Part shown: in pieces, positions 12,971 through 25,864 of the stretch | Layout of the letters: each line of letters starts with the position of its first letter | How positions within the stretch are numbered: the first letter of the stretch is position 1 | Source: Eledone cirrhosa | Taxonomy: Eukaryota | Assembly: GCA_964016885.1 (NCBI GenBank) | Contig: OZ024757.1 | Coordinates: 2,108,001-2,172,000 of the forward strand | Length of the DNA stretch: 64,000 nt | Reading direction: 5' to 3' | Notes under the pieces: model-generated | The model's input: only the letters and a program-made list of their open reading frames with translations | Database searches by the model: none | What the model was told of the DNA's origin: nothing | Translations under genes and position numbers: made by a program

Positions 12971-15355
12971 TTAACATTAATTCATCTTTTCCCCACCTTA
13001 AAGGCGGTTTATATCATGATGACTGTCTTCTTCTTTCCACTAACCTTAGCCTATCAGAAATTGAAATAAATAAAAAAACTTATTAGAACTTTCCTTAAAG
13101 ACTATTATAGTCTAGATATTACATTTGAAAACACCAGTAAAATAGTCAATTTCCTAGATATAACTATCTACGGGTATCTACCAACCTTACCATAAACCTA
13201 ACCAAAACTTACATTACATACTCACAATCCAATCACCCTAGATCTATCCTTAAAAACCTAGCATATAATATCTCACTCAGAATCTCTAACCTTTCATCTA
13301 ACCAGGATGTATTCGATAAAAACGCGCCTTTTTATAACGAAGCTTTAGCTAGAAGTGGCCACAAAAACAAATTAGTCTATATACCTTGCACCAATAATAT
13401 TTCAAACATACAACCCAATATTACCAACAAACACCAAATGAAAAACCCACACCTAAATGCCACTCATACTACACCCCAAAATACCAACCTAATCACTTAA
13501 TTTCTCTACCTCTTCTCACATAAAATATAATGACTTTCAAAAAACCATTCATCCTATATTCCAATATATGTTAACAACATTACTAACAAAATTCCTCGTA
13601 ATCAGACTAAAACACCTAAATCAGTTAATCTAACTAAACCTATATATAATAAAGTCACTAATAGTAACTCCCTTAGTAAACATGCTGATACATCGTATAA
13701 ATATAAAAAACAATATCGAAACTGTAATAGATGGGTTACTTGGTATAATGTTCCATTTAATCTACAAATTAAAGACAATATCCCTAAAAAATTCTTTGCT
13801 ATCCTAGTTAAAAACTTCCCACCAAACCATAAATACCATCAAATTTTAAATATATCAACTGTCAAATTTTCCTACTCCACTACTAAAAATTTACAACAAT
13901 ATAAATACGTACAACGCATATAAGTGTAAAAAACCCACAAATATACCACCAACACATCAAACCAACCATAATACTAAAATAAACTGCAACAAACTACCAT
14001 CTCCTTCACCTATAACAAGTCGAGTAAACTCCACACCAAATTTGACTAACTCCCCTGATATAATATTCACGAATGGTTGTAACTCTAGAATCAAAAGAAA
14101 TTGCCCATTAAAGAGAAATTGTCTTATTAATAACATATTCTATAAATGTAAAATTAGCACTAAGGACTCCACTTATTCATATATAGGAGCTACATCTAAC
14201 CAATTTAAAGTAAGATTTAATACCCACAAACATAGTTTTAAAAATGCCGCATTGGCTAATACAACATCCTTGGCTGAAACAATTAAAAATGATAGAAAGA
14301 AGAATATCGATTACAACCTGACCTGGAGCATGCTCAAAAGGGCCACCCCTTATCAAAATAGCAGATACGAGTGTAGGTTATGCTCCCAAGAACTTTTTGA
14401 AATCATGAAATCTAAGGATATCCTATTAAATAAGCGACAGGAATTAATTATATCTTGCAATCATAGAATTAGAAGAACCTTCAAATATTATAAACCTAAT
14501 TAATATACACCTTACTCTTATATTTTACAAATTATTATAATTGTTTTTTTTAATTTAGTTAACCTATAATTAGTATTTTACTACAGAGAACTTCATAATT
14601 TTATTTCCCTCTTACAGATCTCTTTTCCTAAAATTAATACCTAAAAGTATACCTATAAATTAATTTAATTTAATTTCCTGTTATGTATCTAGATTCCTTG
14701 TAGTTTAAATAAGATTGGTATTCCTCACTACTATCCTTATCCCAAAATTTTACTTTCCTTCGTTTTTAACAACAATCTTTAATAACATCTATTTCTTATT
14801 TATCACATTCATATGAATTAATATAACTTTACCCCTATAAGTATACCTATCAATTAATTTAATTTCTTGTTATAGATCTAGATTCCTTGTGGTTTAAATA
14901 AGATTGGTATTTCTCACTAATACCCTTACCCTAACATTTTCGTGTACCCTTCACAATCTTCTTGACTTGACCTCTTTTCATCCCCAAAGTATTCTTTTCA
15001 TTCAAAACATAAGTCTGCACTCCTCTACCCCTAAATTAAATTTCTACTACTGCTATTCTATCAACTTGACCTCTAAATACTTTTCTATTGGTCAATTCAA
15101 AACCTGTTCCCAAACAGACCTTTTATATTAAATCTTTGTTGGCTTTTTTCAATAAACACATCTCATCATTTCTGAGGACGGCATATATATGTGAAGGTAT
15201 GTATATTTCCTCTGATAATTTGTAATATTTTTACATAGAACTATATGATATACATACCAACACACATATATATCCTAGAAACGATCGTAAAATGATGAAT
15301 TTTTTAATATAAGGAACTTGTTCTTTGTTTTTATTTCATTGTTTTTATTAATTTA
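12971..15355 (+). mobile_element. Degenerate 5'-truncated PLE (Naiad-like) with 3' pseudo-LTR
   Basis: KGGLYHDDCLLL (degenerate YRDD) at ~13000; VNFLD and SNHP remnants; GIY-YIG ORF 14042-14503 (YIGAT..FKVRF..H, CRLC..E, CNHR). Confidence 0.8.
15163..15298 (+). ncRNA. Type I hammerhead ribozyme with extended stem II
   Basis: Stem I TCATCATTT/AAATGATGA; CTGAGGA; ~100-nt stem II; GAAA; palindromic CGATCG; UA. Confidence 0.7.
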
Positions 15356-15374
15356 TATATATATATATATATAT

Positions 15375-15620
15375 CATTATCATCATCATCATCGTTTAAC
15401 GTCCATCTTCCACGCTAGCATGGGTTACACGGGAGTTGTCCCACTTGAGGCAAGGTTGGTCGGGTGACCGTGTCTCGCTCATACAGGACTATCTGGCAGG
15501 TTTTCTATGGTTGGATGCCCTTCCTAACACCAACCACATTTACAGTGTGGAACTGGGAACTTTTTACCGTGTTACCTACACGGCCACATTACAGTGTGGA
15601 TTGTGTGTTCTTTGTTGTGA
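15375..15620 (-). mobile_element. RTE 3'-UTR fragment (family B-like)
   Basis: Similar to 46267-46510; (CAT)n tail. Confidence 0.75.
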
Positions 15621-15945
15621 CATATATGTTTATATATATATATATATATATGTTTATATATATATATATATATATTTTTTTTTTTTATATATATATATAT
15701 ATGTTTATATATATATATATATATATATGTTTATATATATATATATAATGTTTATATCATCATCATCATCATTATCGTTTAACGTCCATGTTCCACGCTT
15801 GCAATATATTTATATATATATGTTTATATAAATATATGTTTATAAATATATATATGTTTATATATATATATAAATATATATATGTTTATATATATATATG
15901 TTTATATATATATATAAATATATATATATATGTATATATGTTTAT

Positions 15946-16413
15946 CATCATCATCATCATCATCATCATTTTACGTCCGCTTTTCCCTGCTTGCAAGGGT
16001 GGGACGGGTCTTATTCAGCACAGCATCTCTCCACTCGTCACGGTCCTTCGTCATCTCCACCGTGAGCTTCAATGATCTGAGGTCTGTTCTCACCACCTCC
16101 GCCCATGTTTTTCGTGGTCTACCTCTACCACGTCTTCCTTCAACTGGCATTTCCTGGCACTTCTTCACCCATCGGTCATCCTCCATGCGCATCACATGTC
16201 CATACCACCTCAGTCTCCTCTCCCATACACTACATTCTATCCCTCTCAGACACAGTTTCTCTCTCAACACATTTATGCTGGGTCGTTCACACACATTTAC
16301 ACTGCACATCCAACGGAGCATGCTTGCCTCATTTCTCTCCAGCCGTCGCATATCCTCTGCAGTTGCTGCTCATGTCTCACTACCATGCAGCATCGCGCTC
16401 CTCACACAGGCAT
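15946..16413 (-). mobile_element. RTE LINE 3' fragment (family A)
   Basis: ORF 15971-16351 RRLRWYGHVMRM..GRPRKTW; near-identical to 35972-36435. Confidence 0.9.
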
Positions 16414-16459
16414 ATAAATATATATATATATGTATATATGTTTATATATACATATATAT

Positions 16460-17387
16460 CGGAAACAAGTACCACCAATCTCTGGGAGGGCTCTGTAGAA
16501 ACAGTAGACAGCTTCTGCTACCTAGGTTACCGAATTAGCAGCAGAGGTGGGTGTTCAGAAAGTACAATAACTAGGGTAAGAACGGGATGGAAGAAGTTTA
16601 GGGAACTACTACCACTGCTAGCTGCAAAAGACTTCTCCCTCAGAATGAAAGGCAGACTGTATGATGCGTGTATCCGAACAGCGATGTTGCATGGTAGTGA
16701 GACCTGGGCGCTGAAGGTGGAAGACTTACGTAGATTAGAGAGAAACGAAGCCTGCATGCTCCGATGGATGTGTAACAGTAATATACGTGAACGACAAAGC
16801 ATAAATGAATTTAGAGAGAAACTGAGCATAAGAGGAATCAAATGCTGTGTGCAGGAGAGGCGGTTGTGCTGGTATGGACATGTGATGCGTATGAAGCATG
16901 ACAGCTGCATAAAAAGGTGCAGAGCACTAGAAGTCGATGGAAACCGCGGAGTGGGGAGACCCAAGATGACCTGGGATGAGGTGATAAAAGCCGACCTTAC
17001 CCAATTACACCTCTCAAAGGCAATGACACACGACCGTGACCTCTAGCGTCACGCAGTAATACAGAGTACCTGACTTCCCATGGGTACAAGCTGAATCATA
17101 TAGACAATATGCCCCCACACCCCCGATCGCAAGGTGGTCGTGGAGGTGCCATGGCAAAAAAGCACTGTAAAGTGGACGTGTAGGCACCACGAAAAAGCAC
17201 CCAGCACTCACTGTAAATGAGGTTGGTGTTAGGAAGGGCATCCAGTTGTAGAAATCAAGCTAAATCAGTTCCTGTATGAGCAAGGCATGGTCAGCCGACC
17301 AGACACTGCCCACAACAGGACAACCCGTCTAACCCATGCTAGCGTGGAAGAACGGACGTAAAACGGTGATGATGATGATGATGATGA
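16460..17387 (+). mobile_element. RTE LINE 3' fragment (family C)
   Basis: VDSFCYLG..LHGSETW..WYGHVMRM; (GAT)n tail; matches 32225-33140. Confidence 0.9.
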
Positions 17388-17516
17388 TATATATATGTAT
17401 ATATATATATGTTTATATATATATGTATATATATATATGTTTATATATATATATGTATATATGTTTATATATATATGTATATATGTTTATATATATATAT
17501 ATATATATATATGTTT

Positions 17517-17793
17517 ATGCACTTTTAGACATAATAAACTGAGGAACTCCACCTCCTTGGCAGCGTACGTCCATAATTTAAAAAATGCACGAACACATTA
17601 CACACTTACTTGGCGGCAGGTTGCTAAATCCCATCCATATACTCCTCATAATAGAGTATGTAACCTATGCCTTGCCGAATCCCACTCTATTATATTTGCT
17701 AAATGCCCTCTACTAAATAGAAAGTCTGAAATATTTTCCTCTTGCCCCCACCGAATATTAAGCTCTTTCTTCTACTTTAAACCTGTTAGCTAG
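17517..17793 (+). pseudogene. PLE GIY-YIG C-terminal fragment (Naiad-like)
   Basis: [31 protein letters not shown]. Confidence 0.75.
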
Positions 17794-19425
17794 CACTTCC
17801 TTATTCCTCCAGTTGGGCTGTCTTGTGTAACTGTCTCTGACTGTGTGTAACTGTCTCCTATTGTTGGTCTTCTATGTATATGAGTCGGTGAGTGTATACG
17901 TATGCCTGCGGGAGGATATTGATCTGGATATTGGGGTGTACAGGTGAGTGGGTGTGTATGTTAATAAGCACCCCTGTTTGGCACAGCGGATGTAACCCAT
18001 CCACGCTCGCCTACCCACCATTGGTGCATTGGTGGGTCTATCCTGACGTATATCTTGTGGATCTGTACCTCTGTATGCGCATGAGTTGTGATGTAATGTA
18101 TCTATGTAGAGCGTGTACTGTGATATAGGCTGCACTAATAAAAATTTAGCCTGTAACTGTGGGCGGACCTGTGCCATCCCGCCGTAAGCAGTAGATACGT
18201 GGCGCATGTACGTGTTGCCCTCATATTCTGTGGTTTAAGATCTACAGGCTGACCTCTGGGAGCTCTTGCCCGGGGTTGTAGTCTTTCTAGCACGATCGGC
18301 CTTCCATATATTGACGGTCGTTGTTATGATCCCGAAAGTAACGTTTTGGCCCCGATAGCCCTCCGTAGTTACTAACGGTCTGTGTACACTTGAATCGGGC
18401 AATGGCACGTGCGGACATGATTATCTCCGTAGGAATTCAACTTTATTTTACTACATCTCATCGTATGTATTTATTTTGAATGTATTATCCGTGGTGGTGG
18501 GTCTTGCCTAATGTGGTATTTCGGTGTTTAATATCAGCTTTGACCCGGGTGTCCTACGCTGTGTGTGTGTGCGTGTGTGTCTGTGTATACATTTATATGT
18601 GTATGGGTGTAGGTGGTTGTATATGTCTGTATATAAAAAAATATATATATATATATGTATACCGTCTCTGCATATGCATGTGGTGTGTATATGTGCATAT
18701 ACGTGCTGAACATATTGATGTGTACAATCTTGTGATGTCCCAATGCGGTGACTTCATGGCTCTTGAAGCTATTTTTTATATATCTTTTGTCTTTTTATAT
18801 ATCTTTTGTATGCGCTCCAACTGTGTCTGCTTGCTTTGGCTAACCCGCCTGCACCTCGCTTGCTACTGCACGTGAATTCTCCTACCTTCCTTCGATGCAC
18901 CTCTGTTTGACCATTGGACTCCTGCCTGGGTGTGAACCGGTTTGTGATTACCCCACCGCTCAACTGTGTGAATGCACACCCGTGACTTTCGAGTGAACTT
19001 TTGAGACTGCCCAACCTGGGACGCCTCCATTGCCTTGCAATGGTCAAGTGATACTGGTGACTGTTGCCTTGCAATGGTCAAGTGATACTGGTGACTGTGA
19101 CACTTAGTGCCTTCGTGGGCCCCTGATATTTTCAAGAAATATATTTAAAAAAAATGGTCAAGTGATACAGATAACTGTGACACTTAGTGCCTTCGTGGGC
19201 CCCTGATATATTCAAGAGATATATTCTAAAAAAAAAATATATATCTTATCTCAATTTACTTTATTTCATTTTATTTTATTTTATTTCATTTCATTTTATC
19301 TAATTTTATTTATTTACTTATTTAATTTCATTTATTTATTTATTTATTTATTTATTTACTTATTTATTTATTTATTTATTTATTTAAATTTAATTTTAAT
19401 TTTAATTTTATTTATTTATTTAATT

Positions 19426-19465
<40 letters not shown>

Positions 19466-20009
19466 TTACATTTAATCATATCTTATATTATATTATTTTA
19501 CTTTAGTCTATTTTATTTTATTTTAGTTTACCTTATTTTATCTTATTTTATGATTATATTATATTATGTTCTATTTTGTATAATTTTAATTTTAATTTTA
19601 TATTATTTTATTTCATTCCTTACCCTGTATCACTATTATCTGTATATTTTATATTTTATATGTAAGTTTGTTATATATTTCTTTATATTTTCTTATATAT
19701 ATTATAAGTCTGTTTTTCACCTATTTTTTACCTACTCTTACCTAATCCTATCTACCTTATCTACTCTTGTCTGTTCTCTTATCCATGTGTATGCTTGTAT
19801 GTAACTATATGTTGACAGCACCCCGCCCAACTGTGACTGATAGCACCCCTTATTTTTCATTGTTTATTTTATTATTTTATTTTTATTTTTATTTTTATTT
19901 TTATTCTTATTTTTACTTTTACTTCCTTAATATCCTTTATCTTCTATTATTTTTCATTCTTCAATGTCTTGGATTTGTTATTGCTTGTATGGTATGTAAT
20001 TAACCTTTA

Positions 20010-20055
20010 TGCTCTGATGAGTCCCACTTATAGTGCGGATGAAACAATGTTAGCA
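20010..20055 (+). ncRNA. Minimal type I hammerhead ribozyme
   Basis: TGCT-CTGATGA-GTCC(CACTTATAGTG)CGGAT-GAAA-C-AAT-G-TT-AGCA. Confidence 0.6.
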
Positions 20056-20206
20056 AGTAAAGATATGCATATGCTATAGGCGTTCTTTGTTATTTATTAT
20101 ATCACGGCTCTGTCCCCAGACATCGAGCTAACCTTATACTGCCTGCTGGATAAGTGGAGTGTTATACACCCCTGATCCTCTCCCTAGTATACTATATATA
20201 TGTATG

Positions 20207-20241
<35 letters not shown>

Positions 20242-20247
<6 letters not shown>

Positions 20248-21112
20248 ATAAAGTATATATCCCTACACGCAAAAAGCGTCCAGGGACACATATATTGTCC
20301 AACCATATGCCAATGTGGTTCAATCGCAGGTTAATAAATTAACGAGCCAGAACATATATAATCAAGGTTTAGCAAATAAGAAAAAGTTTCAAAATAAATT
20401 TCAAAAAATTCACAGTACTCACTTTGGTTCCATAATTTGAACTCGGGAATTTTATATTCTCCGAGTGAAAAGAACCTTCTGACAAGAGTTTATCTTTTCA
20501 ATGGAAGGCCGCAAGGACTGTCCATTTATTTTTGAGACTCGAAACCGATTCGGTAAAGGTAACCATAGTGAGTACAGTGAATTTTTTGAAATTTATTTTG
20601 AAACTTTTTCTTATTTGCTAAACCTTGATTATATATGTTCTGGCTCGTTAATTTATTAACCTGCCATTGAACCACATTGGCATATGGTTGGACAATACAT
20701 GTATCCCTGGACGCTTTTGCATGTAGGGATATATACTTTATTATTATTATTCTCCTCTTGGTCGAGATAAAATTTGGTCGTTTTGACTGCTGCTATTTAT
20801 AGTGGTAGTAGACTGACCTCCCTACCTCTGCTTCTATCTTTACACACGGCACTGGACAGAATTGCTTCCACATCATTCATTCTCATCTCGGGAACAATTT
20901 TGAATAGCGCCAGTTTGTAATTTGAACTCGGGAATTTTATATTCTCCGAGTGAAAAGAACCTTCTGACGAGAGTTTATCTTTTCAATGGAAGGCCGCAAG
21001 GACTGTCCATTTATTTTTGAGACTCGAAACCGATTCGGTAAAGGTAACCATAGTGAGGACAGTGAATTTTTTGAAATTTATTTTGAAACTTTTTCTTATT
21101 TTCTAAACCTTG

Positions 21113-21120
<8 letters not shown>
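20242..21120 (+). mobile_element. ORF-less HHR module: inverted arm plus 485-bp partial tandem (non-autonomous PLE/retrozyme-like)
   Basis: 20242-20428 is the reverse complement of 20560-20750; 20434-20635 is repeated at 20919-21120; an HHR in each direct copy; flanked by (TA)n. Confidence 0.7.
20959..21045 (+). ncRNA. Type I hammerhead ribozyme (second copy at 20474-20560 has CTGACAA)
   Basis: ACCTT-CTGACGA-GAGTTT...AGACTC-GAAA-CCG-ATT-CGG-TA-AAGGT. Confidence 0.75.
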
Positions 21121-21163
<43 letters not shown>

Positions 21164-21284
21164 GAATATATATATATATATATTCAGTAGTTAAGCCAAA
21201 CAAGACCACAAATTCACATAGAAGACATTAGTCACAGTGTATCAACATTAAGTGCAGTTTAATATAGAAAAGGGATAGTAATGT

Positions 21285-21339
21285 CAGTTTACAATTGTTT
21301 CACTACTCCATATAATGTTTCTGGATCAATCAGTAACTG
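21285..21339 (-). ncRNA. Degenerate hammerhead within the inverted repeat 21181-21395
   Basis: Minus strand CAGTTA-CTGATTGA-...-GAAA-CAATTG-TA-AACTG (one extra core nucleotide). Confidence 0.45.
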
Positions 21340-21545
21340 CACTTAATGTTGATACTCTGTGAATTTGTGGTCTTGCTTTGCTGAACTACTGAATATTTCC
21401 AGCTCTGTACACCTAACCTCAGCAACTGCTTTCCACTACATATTGCACATCGAGCACCCGCTTTTAAGATTTGGCTTCTAACACCTTCACCAATTTCTCC
21501 TATCCTACTTCTATCTCTCTATGTAAGATTGGTTTACTCTTGAAC

Positions 21546-21631
<86 letters not shown>

Positions 21632-21685
21632 TATATATATATATATATATATATATGTTTATATATATATATGTTTATATATATA

Positions 21686-24430
21686 TTGTTATACTTGGGG
21701 AGGGTCATATTTGTGTAATATTGCCAGAATTAATAACAGAACACACTCACTGTTTGGTTGGTTTTCGCTTTTCGCTTCTGTGTCTTTTATATCGGTAATC
21801 TAATTTATTCGGTCCTCAATGTTGCCATTGACTGACCAACGGTCAAAAATAATACAGATACAATATAGACACAAATACATATATATAGTTTATCAAAGTT
21901 CTTTCGTTGCACATCTGCAACATCGTCAGTGGTGTTATTGTTTCCTCCCGTTGTATTGTATTTTGTACGCCATCTTTATTTAGTCTGTTTATATATTTAT
22001 TTATTTGTTTATTTTATTTTGTCTTCTTTGCGCATGCGTTTGTGTGTGTGTATAGTGTTTTGTTTGATGTGTGTTCGTGATTGGGTGACTGTGTATAGGT
22101 TAATGTATTCTATCTTTACTAGTGTATGTTTATATGTGTTTGTTGTTATTGTGCTTGTGTATGTATTAATTTATTTATTTATCTATTTAGTTATTTATTT
22201 ATACTTCTCTTAGGTCAGTGTTGTTTGTTTGGGTGTTGTTATTCCATTCATTTTTTCTGTTTAGCCTTGGCCTTCTAAGTTCTATTTCACTGGCCTCTCT
22301 GATTTGCCTATCTGCTGGGTCATTTCTATGTTTAGATATTATTCTAATTTCTATGTTGCCTATGTTATCGTCGTGTTGTTGTCTGGCATGTTCGTATAGT
22401 ACTGAACCTTTTTTTCGTCCTTTTAGTTCCCCCCAGTGTTGGTCTATCCTTTCACCTATGCTACGAGCTGTCTCACCTATGTATGTTGTTGTCATGTTTC
22501 TGCAAGTACCCTCTGTACATCTTATGCTATAGACTACGTTTCTAGTTTTACAGTTTATCCAGGGGTTCACCTTACATATGATACATTTCCTATTAGTACA
22601 GTGGGTTTTCTTGAAAGGGTAGGTTTTGCTGATCAGGGATTTTATGGTGGTTCCTGGCTTTTCTACCACCTTAATTTTTAAGTGGGTCTTTCTCAGGGCC
22701 TTTCTACACTGGTTAGCTAATTTCCCTCCAGAGGTAGCGTCCACAAACATGACACTCTGGTATCTCTGGTTGTCGTACTATGAGGTGGCTTTCCCTATCT
22801 TATGTCTAGCCCTATACAAGCTATTCCATGATTTGCTCCCGTATAATGGGCAAATTCCTTTCATGTCCAGTTCTATGAGGGTCTTATACTTTTCCGTGGC
22901 TCCTTCGTATACTCTGATTCTGTCTCTTTTGTTGTAGCCAGAGAACTGCATGCGGTTGATGAAGTGTTGGATGTGTCTTTCCATTTCTGTTGGGTCGCAC
23001 ATGCGGGACACATTCTTCATCACTCGTACCAAGTCTGCGATCAGAATATTAAACTTAGCACTACTGGACATTGCTGAGTTTTTGAGTATCAGGTATTTGG
23101 AGGCCATGGGTTTAGCATAGTGTGAGTGGAGAATTTGGGCTCTCTCGTCTATAGTGTTAATCCAGAGTTCCGTGTCTAATACAGGTAGTCTATTGTTAGG
23201 GTGTTTGGAAGGGTAGTCGATAGTTACAGTTATACTCTGGTGTATGGAATTAGCTATCTGCTGGATGCTTTCCATTGTGCTACGTTCTAAATCAAACTTG
23301 TTAGTGCTCTCTTGTGGGAATGTTCTTATAACTATATTGATATCGTCTACGTAACGAGAGTACATGATGAGGTCTATGGAGCTCTCATTAAGCAGATCTT
23401 TAAGTCTCCTTTCCCACCATACCATAAAAAGGTTGGCAATGTCACCAACTATGCTGACGCCAATGGCTGCTCCCTCATTTTGGGTGTAGATCTTCTTGTT
23501 GAACTTGAATATGTGGCCCTTTAGGGTAGTTTTGATACTAGCCCCTATTGACCATTTTTCTTACCTGATCATTGTTTTGCGGGGTCCGTATAGCTTTGGT
23601 CCAACCAATCCACCTTCCCATGGGAGTCTTTTTAGCCATTGAGGTTATGGTAAGGGGTCTACCTCTTATGGGTCTACTGGGGCAGAAATGTCTAAGGTCA
23701 TGGCTATCTAGGTAGTCAGTGTCGTAGGTAAGTCTAAGTAGGAGGCCCAGTTCGTCTGTGTTGACGTCGCAGAACTCCACCTCACTTTCAATGATCATCT
23801 CCTCACATTTTTCCACAGCAAAATCAATGTTAATGGATGGGTACAGTGATACCACATCCATACTGCCTATTATGCAGTTGGATAGGTTCCTGTTTTTGTT
23901 GCACTCACTGATTCTGCTGAGGAGGTCCTCTGTACTGTCACATACATCTGGGGACATCTTGATTATGGGCCGTATAACCATTGAGAGGAAGTAGGAGATC
24001 CTGTAGTTGCTAGCTATATTTGCTCTGCATACGGGTCTTGTTGGTGGTCCTGTTGTCGAGTCGTCGACTGTCTTGTGGTCTTTGCGGAGCCCATACAAGG
24101 GTGGTATGCCATTGTTAGACGCCTGGAAGTTGTTGGCAGTGCGTCTGCTTGGCTTTAGGATGTCGGTCCACATCATCATGTGAGCGTTGAGGATTTTCTC
24201 TCTCCCATAATGTATTTGCTGTGCAATTTCACTCGTGTTGGTGATGTGGGGTTGCATAGCCTTGATGTAGTTCGGCATGCTATCTATTGACATCCTACCA
24301 GACTTATCCGTGGGTAGACATACTACCTCACCATCCCTTGTGCGCTGCTTGAGGCTAACCAAGCCTTCTACAGGTTTCCTCCCAAGTTGTTGGGCCTCTG
24401 GTCTGCTCTGTCTCTTAGTATCCCAGTCTA
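21686..24430 (-). mobile_element. Penelope-like element, 5'-truncated, related to 55410-59045
   Basis: ORF pieces 23538-24430 (PTDKSG, SMDVVSLYPSI), 22778-23425 (YSRYVDD, LPVLD) and 22199-22750 (VYSIRC..YIGETAR); 3' pLTR with HHR. Confidence 0.9.
21891..21934 (-). ncRNA. Hammerhead motif in PLE 3' pseudo-LTR
   Basis: CACCA-CTGACGA-TGTTGCA-GATG-TGCAAC-GAAA-G-AA-C-TT-TGATA; stem I imperfect. Confidence 0.6.
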
Positions 24431-24502
24431 CTATATATATATATATATCTACTATATATATATATATATATATGTTTATATATATATATATGTTTATATA
24501 TA

Positions 24503-25864
24503 CAGGGTGTGGACGATATTTGTTCGTAATTTTCAACTGCTAATTTTATGCAAATTTTTTTACTTCCGTTGTCACTCTTGTCTTCATAAAAACAGTGACT
24601 ATATTTCCATTATTTATTTTCAGAATAATTGATTATGAATAATTTTGAACCGCCAAATTTGTGGAAGAGACACAGAGTTCTTCTTGGAATCTGCGCCAGG
24701 AGGACAGATAAAGAAATTTCAGACTTTCTCAGCGTCAGCAGGAGAATGGTGGAAAAGGTCAGAAAGCAATTGGAAGATTCAGGATTCGACTACGAAGCAA
24801 CATCAGAGAGGAAAACACATGATCAACGATCTGATGCCTTCAGAACGCCCGAGTTCGTCGCTGAAGTTCAGGATATCATCAACAATGAACCTAGCAAGTC
24901 GATGCGTGCCATTGCAAGGGAGAAAGCCGTGGATGAAAAGCTCATTAGGCTGGTGGTACATGAAGACATTCGCTACGTTTCATACAAGGTGAGGAAAGGA
25001 CAATTTCTGTCAAAGGCGATGCAAGAAAAGCGACTGAAGCACGCAAAGAAGCTGATCAACAAGTTGAAACACCCACTGGAGCCAGACATGCTGTGGTTTT
25101 TCTCTGACGAGAAAAACTTCTGCCAAGACCAGAAGATCAACTCCCAGAACAATAGGTTGCTCGCTGTCTCTTCCAAATATGTGCCCAGAGTCATGCAGAC
25201 AAAGTTTCCAGCGACAACATTGGTCTTAGGTGTCGTCAGCACTCAAGGTGAGGTTATGCCACCTCACTTCTTCCCTGAGGGCTTCAAGCTGAACACCGAT
25301 GGCTACATCCGCATTCTGAGTGAGGTAGTAAAGCCCTGGATCGACCAGGTAGCAGCAGGTAGGCCGTACATGTGGCAGAAAGACTCAGCGCCCTGCCATA
25401 CCAGCTGAAAGACCCAAGCCTGGCTGTCAGGGAACTTCATTGACCACACTTCACCTGACATCTAGCCTCCCAGCTCGCCTGACTGCAACTCCCTCAACTT
25501 CTTTGTGTGGGGCGCAGTGGAACGAGACACCAACAGATCTAGCTGCAATACGAAAGACGATCTGAAGACCAGGATCACAAGTGCCTTTAGGGACCTAAGT
25601 CGGGGGACAATGACACGTCTTTGGATGAGACAGCGAGCCACCTGTTGTTCTGGGAGTTGATCTTCTGGTCTTGGCAGAAGTTTTTCTCGTCAGCAGGTTC
25701 CAAGGCCGAGTTTATTGAGTGAGATGGCGGGTTTATCAAGTGAGATCGATAGAACAAGTCATGAAAACAAACTGACCCAAGTTTGATAAATAAATCTTAA
25801 AAAATAAAACTACCGTGTTATTTTTTCCTAGACAGTAATGCGAACAAATATCGTCCGCACCCTG
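24503..25864 (+). mobile_element. Tc1/mariner superfamily DNA transposon, DD37D (maT) type, inactivated
   Basis: TIRs CAGGGTG(T/C)GGACGATATTTGTTCG with TA on both sides; transposase WFFSDEK...DSAPCH; reading through two stops gives 37 aa to SPDCNSL-N (third D mutated). Confidence 0.9.
24629..25740 (+). pseudogene. DD37D transposase with in-frame stops (25406 TGA, 25463 TAG)
   Basis: HTH region (SMRAIAR) and DDD domain motifs. Confidence 0.85.

Noticed and set aside
16105-17046. 313-aa ORF as a single gene
   Set aside because: Chance fusion of an antisense RTE-A fragment, a TA tract and a sense RTE-C fragment.
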